From NCBI RefSeq assembly GCF_052425735.1, contig NC_135771.1, positions 21,142,001 to 21,206,000 on the forward strand: 64,000 nucleotides of DNA, in the 5' to 3' direction. This DNA comes from Oculina patagonica. Its lineage: Eukaryota. Both the position numbers and the translations under genes were made by a program. Position 1 is the stretch's first letter, and each line of letters opens with the position of its first letter. Under the pieces are notes generated by a model that did not search any database, was not told where the DNA came from, and saw nothing but the letters and a program-made list of their open reading frames with translations. This document shows, one piece after another, positions 1 to 12,100 of this stretch.

Positions 1-118
1 CAGGAGTCGTTGAACAAGTCTTTTCTTTTGACGGGAACATACATCTCCAGCAACACTGAAGTTATATTACCGTCTTGTAGAGCTTTTATCATTGAGTTTA
101 AATCAGGGAACGTGGATC
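1..118 (-). CDS. Exon 39 (partial): S2 lobe, type II periplasmic-binding-protein-like
   Basis: [39 protein letters not shown]; open to window edge. Confidence 0.88.
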
Positions 119-3100
119 CTGCAGGAATGAAGGTCAAGTCACGTGCTATGGTGATAGAATGCGCACTGCGTTGAAACAATTATTTCTACAGAATTCGCGT
201 TTATCAATAAGAATATGACTAATCCTCCACTCACCGATTTCTATCTTGTTTCGGAATTTTTTAACCGCCATCTGGTGTTCAGAAGAGTTAGCGACCACTG
301 CAATCTATAAGGAAAGTAAACTTATCATATTCTGCTCAACAAAACTGTCTCGTAAATAGTTATTTATGAAAATCAGGGGTTTCAAAATGTTTTGAAGTAG
401 ACGTCAGCAACTTGAGGTGTGGGCGGCTGTGACAATGCTGAGCTTGTTTGCCACAATGCAAGCTGATTACTATGAAAGAGTAAGCCTTCTCGCAGTCTCG
501 ATTTCTTTTGCAGGGCTAAAAAGGTCTCGGACTCGCAGAAAAAAAAAAACAGTCTCACCGTCTCGCAAAGTCTCGCATTTACCATTCGCCACCCCCTATA
601 TAATCAAGTAGCCGGCTAAACTCAGGCAGTTGCCGAGCTTGTCTCGTTTTCTCTGTTGAATACAATACAATACAATACAATACTTTAATTTGACACTCCC
701 CTTACGGGGCTTTTCAGTGACAATAAATTACAATAGAAATAACAATTTTAAAATTATAAAATTACAATGGTAAACATTACAATGATAAAACATTACAATG
801 ATAAAAATTTGGATAAAATGAATTACTCCTAATTAATCTATGTTAAAAACTCCTCCATTAATTTTGAATGACATGACAACACTAAATTAGCTCTGGTATG
901 CATGTTTTTGTCAGACAAGCTACTTTCACCTCGAAGCCTCGCTTTGAAAGTGCAGTTTGAAAATTTTGTCATGAACTATTTCCAAGAGCAGCAAAGATAA
1001 AAAGAATACGAAAGTAAAAACAGTATGAATATGCGAGAGGTTTGAGGATGAATTTGAGCCACAAACGTAATCATGCATAATGTCCATAATACCTTGCTGT
1101 CAGCAGCACCTGTGGGACTCACACCATTTGAATTCATTGAAATGACTGTAACAGTGAGCACTGATGCCAATGATCCCATGAAGATAGCGAAAATAACGAG
1201 TCCAATAAGAAACCAGGCCATTGCAAATATCTTGGCTGGCATGGATTTTGGACAGCGATCACCGTACCTGTGTAAAAAATAAATTCCTTTTTCCCATGTT
1301 TAACAATTGCTGATTGCTGATACAGTTTGCAACATGTAAGAGCTGATAACTTTTTAGAAGCAGCGAACTCCCATTGTAATGATCAACGAGTCAATTTTCT
1401 AAAGTAAAGTAAAGTAAAGTAAGCGACTTTGAACGGCTAAAAACAGACTCAAAACAGACGTGTATTCATTGTGCATGGCCGTTCAGCTCCATTATCTGAG
1501 AATTACTGGTGTCAGGTTTCATCGACTCTCCATATAAAGGCGGACACCTCTCTAAGACGGACAGTTAGGGCAGGTCCCGAAAGTGTCCGTCTTAGAGAGA
1601 GTTGACTATATTAACCAATATAGTGAGGCTGCCAACACATATAGTTACGCTCTACAGGAAGTCACTTTTTTTCTGTCATCAGTACATAACATATATATCC
1701 TGCGATGTACGCAGTATGCCATAGGTGGGAGTGTGCTTACTAAAGACTTGTCCTACAACGCTGCACAACAACAACGAAATGTGATTTTTTTGGTTTACAA
1801 TTTGCTAAATACTAAAACAATAATCCTGCTTAATCTTGCAGAGTATCTTCTGATTTGAGCGAACTCGGTATACGGCCTCGTCAGCTAGGGTTAGCTAGGT
1901 ATCAGGCGATATTCTGCTCGATTTTGCAGGATGTTTGTCACAAGAAGGCAACAAAACCCGAGCCAACTACCAGAAACTGACAACGAACAGTATGAAGAAG
2001 ACATTTGGGACCGTCCAAGGGCACTCGCTTAAAAGATGTAGATTATTTCGTTTATTACTGCAAGGAGGTGGTAATTCTGGATCCGTTCTGTAATTTTAAC
2101 TCACCCCACTGTGGAAAAGGTAATAACAGACCACCAGAGGCCTTCACCAACTCCCTTGAAAAACGTTCGGGGGAAATGTTCCTGATTGGTTCTGGAGTCC
2201 TGCGAGGCAAGAAAAAATAACTTCAGTTATGCACCGACAATAAGCCAATAGAGTAATACAGTCCATTGAATTTGATCGCCCACATGGGTCACTTTCACTA
2301 CTCAAAATTATATACAACCTTTTCACCTTCCGAGACAAACCTCAAAAATCAGTGCAGTTTTAAGAGAATAAGACCATTCAAATGAAAGCTGTTGAGCAAT
2401 ACTTTTCGGTGGCTAGTGGTGGATATCTGATTCACCTCGCCGCTTCGTGGCTCGGTAAATATCCACCACTAGCCACCTCTACTTTGGTAAAGTTGTTAAT
2501 TATACTGTACAAACTGGCACCTTTCAAGTCTTTAGAAGAAACTCCCACGTATAACCATTCAAATGAAAGCTTTTTAGCAGTACATTCATGTGGTTTTGTT
2601 AATTATGCTGTACAAGGGTGTTTTATAGCTTATAGGTAGGAGTATAGATTCCTAGTGTACGTATGCCCATTCAAATTCATGTTATTTAGTAGTACGTTTA
2701 GAAGAAATGATTGTCTTAAATTTGGCACGACTTGGAATGCAAGTCAGTCAATCAATCAATACAATCTTTATTCAGTGATCAGAATGCACGCTTAGCTAAA
2801 AAGCTAGTTAGCAGGTGCGTACACCATGAAATAAAAATACAAAAAGAAAAAGAAAACTTCTTTGGAAGTGAATAAATTAAGTTAAGCTATAATATACATG
2901 AATCATACAGTAATCGTATTAGCTCACCAGAATCCAAATGATAATTCCCGCTAGAAGAGCTGTTACCAATGTGAGAACGAAAATTGGCCAAAACTCAAAA
3001 ATGGAGTTTGCCATAACTTTTGTTAGCAAACCGCTATCAGTGCTTTTCTTCTGAATAACCACAATACCAGGGACAGTTATAACCGGAATGAACTTGCTGT

Positions 3101-6100
3101 ACTCCGTGTCACCATAGGCCTGGGTCTTGATTACTGGAAAGGACACATGGTCTCCCTTGGAGCTGCTGTAGGAGACTAACTTCGTGTCATTGTGTTCTTC
3201 ACATGTCCCGCACGTGGTGGTCACAAGGTCACTGATGATACTTGTGAGCGAGTTAAATCCTGATGATTCTAATGGACTTTGAACTACGGAGACACTTAAA
3301 TGCTCCGTGCATCGACAAGTTTCTGAGAAGAATTCAAATTGTCGTTAGTTAGAAAGCAAGAAACTGAAGACAATGGAAAATAAATTATTTAATTAAGATA
3401 TAACTGTTAAAACACAATTAGATTTTATTCCATATGTCCTTTAAATACTAGAGCATTTCTTTTTTTGGTAAATCATAACTGCTGACCTATCTCACCCTTC
3501 AGCGCTAACCCTGGCTTTGAACTGGTCACGATCTTCCTGAACTCTCATTTGAATTTTTTTAGAGCCGGCGTTTCCAAAGTAAAGGCCCTAGCGAATATCT
3601 CTATTGTCATTTGAATACACGTGCAAATAATTTTTAATCACGTTTTTGTTAATTATTGGTCTTGCGAACAGTTCGTGGTTGCCTTTTACGACTATTTTTT
3701 CGTCTAGTGTGCATTTTAGGACGTTCGCGCTAATTTTTTATGCGCATCCCTACTGCGCACGTATTTCATGTCGCAACGCCATGCCACGTCATACTTTGAG
3801 CGCACGCGCTGAGTAAAATTTCTAAAAACATTTAGGTTGGGTTGCCGTTCCGCTTGCTTCGTTTGCAATTTGCTCTCTTAAATGGTCGGTGACCCCTACT
3901 TTTTTCTTAACGGATCACTTTTGTTAATCAGTATCTACGTTTTGCGAGAAAATGAAAAAAATCTATCGAGTGGAAGTTGATTTTGTTGACACACTGACGG
4001 TTTGAATTCTGCTTTTTGAGTTTTCCTTTTTGCCGTACGACAGTTTTAAATACGTTTCTTCTGGGTTTGGTTTTTACCAAAAAGATGGCAAAACTAGGAA
4101 TTATTTACGAAGAGACGCACTTCTACAAAATGTGACTAAGATCGTTAGCCTTCGTTTACTCATCTTCGATATATTTAACTTTAAACCCTGTAAACCATAC
4201 TGAATTACGTGCGCCAATTTTTCAAAATCAGGGTAGTTTTCCACACGCTTTCTCACTGAAACGAAGTCGGTGACCCCAACTTTTTTTGCATTTCTGACAC
4301 AAGTAACTCATTATCTTGCCGCAGTAAAAAATTAAAAAATCTATCGAGTCAGCTTTTAGACAACTTGTCCGTCTAGACGACAAAATCGTCTTCCTGGAGG
4401 GCCAAATCAACGGACAAAAACAGACGACTTTTAGGCCCAAAATCGTGTTCGTCCCGCTTTCACACTACGACGACTTGTCCGTCTCAGATGATTTGTTGGT
4501 CTTCTAGTGTGGAAGCGGCCAATGAGTTTTGATGCAAGGAGCTAGATACATAGATATTATATATTTTTTTTCATAATAGTTAATACCTCCATATACAGGT
4601 TCACTAAAGTTTCCTATCCCGTCAGTTGTTAGAACTGCCACTTGAATCTTGTACATTGTGTAAGAAATCAGATTGGTGAGAAGTATTTCATTTACATCAG
4701 CACAAACTATCGCCGTATAATTTGGCTCAGCAAGTAAGTCCACGATTGGTTCACCTCCGATACGGACGGCTTGATACTTTATGTAAAAACCACCCAAATC
4801 TCCACTCAATCTTTCTTTTGTTCCATGTTCCCAAGTGACCTTAATTGCGGATAAACTCATAGCGGTTGTAGCAGCTGTTTTAGGTGAACTGGTGTCGGGA
4901 GCTGAAAGAAAACAAACGTTACCCATAAATTGGATAACTCTGAACATCAAATAACACAACCCATCCTTACGACATCAAACAGGAGCTCGATAACGAACCG
5001 ACCTTTTCTTTCTCTCAAGCGGAAAGGCTATGTTGATGAAACATGACAGAGAATTATTTAAAACAATAAACGAAACGCATGTCATAGAGCTTCCTGCCTT
5101 TCCTTATAGTACATCCAACTGCTACTGTACTTAAACATATTTTTCCATCAATGTTGTGTCCAAACGGTAATGGACTGGGTGGAAGAGGAACTCAGAGGTA
5201 AGCATATTTGCTAATTTTTAATTCTGCGACTGATTTCTTGATAGGCTACTTGATAGGAGTTCAGTAACCAAGCAGACATACAGATATTTTTGTACCATAA
5301 AACCTCAAAGCAGGATTTACGAATTTTCGAGCAATTGAGCAAATTTTATCGGAATCCGAGCATGCGAGCAACTGCGATTATTTGCGAGCACGAGCTAGCG
5401 AACACTCGTCCAAATTTTGCGAGCAAATCGAGCAAAAGCCAAATTTTTGCGAGCATATTAATGGGGTCTTCAATATTTTAAGGGAAAATTTGATACCCCT
5501 TATATTCCTGATTAAGACATAATAAGGGAAGGCAGTTTTGCCAAATGCAAACAATAATAATATTATTGATACCCTTACTCTGACTAATGACCATTAGCAT
5601 AACCACACTGACCTACTATTGGTAATCGCGCGATCTGATTGGCTACACAGGTGCCTACTATCGATCCGTAGAAGGCTCTCGGAGCGCGCGCGTAGTCTTC
5701 GCTGAATTTTATCAATCAAAACCTTCAATAAATCAATTCTAGCGATATTCTGAGTTTAATAGATCGGTCAGTGGGTTATGCTAACACAATTAGACGGCTC
5801 GCTCTCGGTTTCTACCGGCTTTTGATAGTTGGCTCGGGGCTTCGCCCCTCGCCAACTATCAGCCGGTAGAAACCTCGAGCTTGCCGTCTAATTGTTAAAG
5901 AGAAGACAAAAGCTGAACTCACCAAAATTAATTTTTGTACAATTAGTCAGTGGACCAATCCCATTTTTGTTAATAACAGCCATTTGAATACACGTGTCAC
6001 TCGACAAGTTTATATTCTTTAGCTCGATTGACGAAAAACACGGAGCTACAAACCAGACACCATCAGATCCATTTACAAGCACTGCGTATCCTACAAGCTC

Positions 6101-9100
6101 TCCATTAACATCACCCTCGGGGACTGGGTCCCAGGATAAAATAACAGTGCTGTAATCAGGGCTGAACGCTGAGATGTTGGTAGGAACCGCTGATGGTACT
6201 GCAGATTCAAGGGATTAACACCGTTTGGTATAACAAGAAGTCATTTTCGATCGCCAACACCTTTACAATACCATTTTTTGAAAAAAAAGAATACTTTTCT
6301 CAGAGAACATTAAACTGCTTGAAGCAAAAATTAAAAAAAAAAAAGACAAAAGAATATAGAATAGTACTTACACAAAAGTGCAAGGATGCTTAGAATGAAA
6401 TTGAATTAATGTAAATGGCTTGCGAACTCTAAGATTGATTTTTGCTCCGTCAAAACAAGAATTAAAGTGTTAAAATTACGTTTAGCAAAAAAATATCAGT
6501 GACTTTGATTGCAATTAAAATTATTAGAGTTTGTGCTCACGAGCTAGATTTATGTTGTTTTAATTATTTTTTCCTACCAATCACCACTAACTTGCTTATT
6601 ATCAAATATTTTTATCTTTCATGTTTTTACCGCATTCATCGGTCATCGCGGTCGTGCAGCGACCATAGGACCCAGTCCCGTAACTGCTGACTGCCTGCAC
6701 GGACAAACAGTACTCAGTACAAGCATCCAAGCCTGTCAACACAACTGTCACAGTTCCTGGAGGAAACGCCTTTGTTTGGTATGACGGAATCGTTTCGTTT
6801 TTCCAGAAACGAACATTGTACCCAGTAATTTCATACGCGGCATAGTATGATTGCGGAGGAGTGAAACTAAACTGTATGGAAGTTCCGTTAACGCTAGGTG
6901 CGTCGTGAATTTTGGGTGCTCTTGTTGGCGCTGAAAAGATAATAACGGCAAAGCATTAAATTAGTTATTAATAAATAGGAATAAATGAATCTCGTATATA
7001 AAACCAGCAGGGCGTGGTCTTGGTTGAAAAATAAACTTACAATTGTTTTTTTTTACATCACACACTTACGCACAAACACACAGGGAAGCAAAACAATTAA
7101 ATAAGTCAAGTATTATTATACTGGACAAGAACATTGCTGTTGAGATACTGTCTTTTGAGACAGACAAGTCACTCGTCCTTTCAGAAGGTATGCCAAATAC
7201 AAAGGACGAATTTTTGTAACTTGATATAACATGCTTAAGAATTTTAACTGGCAGGACACGGTTGCTGAATGGACGAAACATAGCCCAAGAACTCGGGCAT
7301 TAGCTTGCTAAGTAAAAACATAAAACAGAAATAATTAAACGTTCACAGTAATAGGTTCCCGGTAGGGGGGGGGGGGGTACACAAAAAAGTTTTCTACGGG
7401 GAGGCTTCGCCCCGAGCTCTAACCCCTTACCCTTTTATATACCATTTTGACAGAAATTGTACCCCGTTCGTATACCTTTTGCTGAAAAAAGGTACCCCTT
7501 TCATATACCTGAAAGACATGGCAAAGACTTAAAAACACGACGTTTTCTTGTCATTTTCATGTAGCGCTAAAGAAAGGTTAAGTTACACATTACTGACGTG
7601 GAAATGGTTTTGCTGGTATGCCATAGATCTCCAGTCTCATGCAGGGTGACAGATGCCATTCTTTCGGGTAAAACCGAACAAACTGCGCCACTACATCGCC
7701 GTTTAAGTAATTCCTCTTTGCACGATGGTAGTTACCAGCAGTATAAAATTTCTGTGAAACAATAACCAACGAATTAACAGTTTATATAACAAGAACCGGT
7801 AAATATACTGCCTTAATGTACATGTATAACATGATACATTTGTATACCGTTTATGTATCAATGCTTGTGATCAGACCCTTTTCATTAAAATTAAGGTTGT
7901 GGTCATTTTAAGTATTAACACGCAAATTCCCCATGCCGCAGGAAACTCCTTGCTACCCGGGGGGGGGGGCACTTCCTATAAATGGGCTAATGGGGATGTG
8001 CCGCTGGATGGGGTCGCATTTTCACGACTGGACTGACTATAATGGGGTCGCCATTTCAAGCATTTTTTATAGGGTGACTAGAATGGGGTCACACTTTCCG
8101 GGATTTTGAGAGTACGAAAATCTGGCAAGTTGTGATTTATGAACGGAAATATTCGCCGAAAAAAATGTTACCGTATTTATTGCTGTTGTTCAATATTTGA
8201 CAAACAGCTCCCAGAAAGTGACTAAGTTGGGGTCGTAAAAATTAAATTTACCCAAAAGTGACTAAGATGGGGTCTATAATTGGCCATAGAATAAGACTAT
8301 AATGGGGTATGGGTTCTGAGAGGCCAGCGGCACATACCGAACAAAAATTTACCCAAGTACCCCCCCCCCGGGCTTGCTACCTCTCTAAGGCATTTATTGA
8401 TAGCGAATTTTCTACTTCTGCCATCAACTTTCTCCAGGGCAGTTGTGACTGAACGTCCTTAACACTATTTCCGTTAAAAAGAACGTTATAAAACACAACG
8501 TTAACGTGTTATTTTAATCATAAGATTATACCCTCTCGAACTCTGTCCAATGTGTTCCATTCAGTGATAAATGGATGGCGAAACGTGTCACGTGACTTCC
8601 ATCTACGTGACCTTGTGTCGCTACTGCTATCACGTGGTAAGGAATACCAAGGTCAACTTGAAGAAAAGGATTGGTTAAGTTCAGTGGGCACCAGGCCACG
8701 TGCGAGCCCAGCCGAGCAGCCGCTGGAGGATTGGATTCTATGTATGACGATGCTGATATGTTGATGTCTGGCATGGCACCAGTTTCCAGTCCCAGGGCTT
8801 TTTCCCAGCAATAAGCGTCGTTACGGTAAAACCCTGATAGATAATATAAAAAGACTAAAATTAGTCATGATAATTCATTCAAAAACAGTAGGTGAATGCA
8901 GTCCATATAACCTTAAACCCACTATTAAGAGGGGATTTTCAGGAAAGGAGGATTTACTTGTCAATCAGCAGGTAACGGCGTAAAATTTATCGTCTTTGAG
9001 GTCAGGATATATAGTATTATCAATTTACAACTGTGACAGTTTAATTTACATGTTATCGAAGACCTGGAAGAGAAAGTTTGAAATATTGTTAGGCTTATGC

Positions 9101-12100
9101 AGTGGACTTAAATTTCGAAAAAATACAAAAAGGTCGCTAAAGCTCTAGAAACAACGTGCAAGTTTAAAATGCTGATCAGATGGTGTCGTTCAGATTATAT
9201 TTCTCCCAATTGCAAGTAAAAACATTATGCGCAATCGAATGTCGAGAAACGCCGACACTCTTTTATAGTATTTGATTACCACTTTTCAACTAAAACTAGA
9301 TGACCGAACTACACAAATTTTTGAGTTGATTAGCTTTGAGTTAGAACTTCAGAGCGGTGACTGAAAGAATTTCTTTAAAAAAAACTAATGGCATTGGCCA
9401 AGAGAGGATTACTTTGGTAGAAAAGGAATTACGAAAGCATATGCGGATAAAATCAAATTAACCCCTCCCTTTCAAAAAAAGACCTTCATGACCGTCATAC
9501 CTTTTCTCTTGCAGATGTAAGGTAAAGATTGTAAACAGTTTACAACATTCCAGTGACCTTGCACACTTGCACTCTTCGCCACACAAGCAATTCCATTTGG
9601 AATACCCTCTGTCGGGTTTTCGTACCAGTTAGTATAATCAAGATAATGCCCGTTACTCCAGTTCGGAAATCTTTTCAAGTTATTCTCATCTTCTATGAGC
9701 CCAATAAACACCTCGTTAATTGTGGACCTGATCATTTCTGAGTCAATAAACGCTTCTTCCTCGACGTTTAGTATATACAGTAGGTCTGCGTTTCGGTTCA
9801 AGCAGTCAATTTCGGCGTTGTACCAGTTAAGAGGATTCTCTTCAAGGATCAGGTAACAATTCGTTTGGAAGAAAATCCATCCCGGCAGACAGTCTTAAAA
9901 ACAAATATTAAACACAAATAAACATTTGATATTTGAAGTACATGACTATGATACTTCTTTTCTACTTACAACAAAATGCTTTACTATAACCGATTATATA
10001 GGTCCGATTATCCAGTAATTTAAGATCAATGGTTGATGTTTTTAAGGTAACCAAAAGTCATAATTGTTTACGGACTGAACGAAANNNNNNNNNNNNNNNN
10101 NNNNNNNNNNNNNNNNNNNNNNNNNNNNNNNNNNNNNNNNNNNNNNNNNNNNNNNNNNNNNNNNNNNNNNNNNNNNNNNNNNNNNNNNNNNNNNNNNNNN
10201 NNNNNNNNNNNNNNNNNNNNNNNNNNNNNNNNNAGGTATTTAGCTTTAAAAAACTAATTGGGGACATTATTTACATTAAAATCTACTAAGCTACATAAAG
10301 TTAAAAATATTTACACTTAAATTCTAAGAAAAAAAACCGTACTACATAGATGAATAGATAAATAAATGAATAAATAAAAAAATGAGAATAAAATATAAAA
10401 TTTTATAATAAAAGTAGGTATGAGTGACTGGACGTAACACTATATAACAATTGCCCTGCATTAAACCTGTGTTGCGGAAAAAGATAAAATACTCAATTAA
10501 GTTGGTAGCCGGCAGCAGCAGAGGACCATTGTGGAGGACCCGGGCTGCCACTTTGGGCACCTAGTATAGGGGAAGGTAATTCGTAGTCAAAAATAGTTGA
10601 GAAAGTTAAAGAAAAACGTCGATCAAAGGAACAATCAGGAATATATAGAGACTTTTTAAAAGAACTATTACTAACACCAAAAGTGATACATAATATTAAT
10701 TTACATGGAGTTACTTTGACAAGCTACATGCATATAGCATTAAAGAATACGTTTCACTTTTAGAGGAAATCATACTGTCAAGCTTGCACCGTTGGGAGTC
10801 TAGAAAATACTGCAACTTCGGTTTGATTGGTTAAAATAGATAATGACTGCAGTAAATATGCATCCTTACAGATCTTCCGTCTTCCGTTCGTGTTTTTTTT
10901 TAAAAGTATAGCCTTACCTGGAGATGTCGTTACTTTAGTGCAGTTGTTGTGTTCAACATCGCCAAGTTCATTGTAAATGAGAATTTTGACACAATACGTG
11001 CTATTTCTCTCCAAGCCAGCGACTGTGTAATTTGTAGTATTTCTTTCAACTGTTATCGTAACTTTAGTTTCATCAAGTACTCCTTGTTCTGTGATGCGTT
11101 GGTAAATTATTTTATACCCAGTCAGTTCTATAGCTGACTGACAAGGCAGGCTGTCCCAAGAGATCTCGAAGGAGTGGCTTCCGATGTTGTGTACTTTGAT
11201 GTCAGTAATTACAGGTGGCCATACTGAAGAACAACAATAATATCATATTAAAGGAAAACAGCTGCATGAAATAAACGTGAATTTCGGTTTTTCCCTCCTT
11301 GAGTTATATCACAACTACACCTAAAAAGATCGGATTCCCACACGGCAATCATGTAAAGCTGTTGTAATTAGTTTTAGTTTTTTTCTTAAGCTTAACTAAC
11401 TGAAATTAACTGACTAGCAGGATCGATTTTTTTGGCTGTTCTAAACATAGTAGCCATGAAATATGCTAAAAAACTTTTTTAGTTTTAATATTTTTATTCT
11501 GAATGTTTATTCTAACTTTTTAACATTTTTCAGTATTGCCTAATCGTCTTACCTTTGGGCATTTCACAAATGAAAGCTCTAATGCTGTTTTCACTAAGAT
11601 CGTTCAATAGGCCTTGTGTATTCTGCGGAATATCCTTTGACATCACCGTCACATTTCCGTTACCAGATGGCTGCCCACCTTGCCATTTACTGATCGTCAG
11701 TGGTCGTCCGTTCACCCACGTCCAATTCGCCCCGATTTTTGTCAAACCTATGTGCCATTCGCGGGGTTTCGCAATGCAACGTTTTTGAATCTCTTCATTG
11801 ATAAACTGCCATTCTTTCTCTGTTTCCATGGTTACTAGGTCGCCTCGTTTACCTTTGCAGGTATCTCGGTTCTCGTTCCATGTTTTGCCTGACTCCGTAA
11901 ATGAGTAGCAGGAATCCCCAAATAATACATTTCCGCTTTCTATAAAAAGAACAGAAGGATTTAACTCCATGTAAGCAGCAACGTCAATGAAGCGCCAGTA
12001 AAGCTCATGGAAAATTAAAAGTACAATTGCCGGTAGTAAATTCTATAGGAGTCTAATGGCACAGAAATGCCGGAGTGCAACCTGGTTTTTGTGGCATAAA

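Noticed and set aside
7070-7134. Possible internal signal-peptide exon [21 protein letters not shown] with a strong GTAAGT donor (short channel isoform)
   Set aside because: It ends in phase 2, while the next exon (6930) needs phase 1; the join hits a stop after 12 codons.
11838-11852. RGD motif in CTL2
   Set aside because: It falls on the structural G-x-L motif after helix 1 of C-type lectins; likely coincidental.
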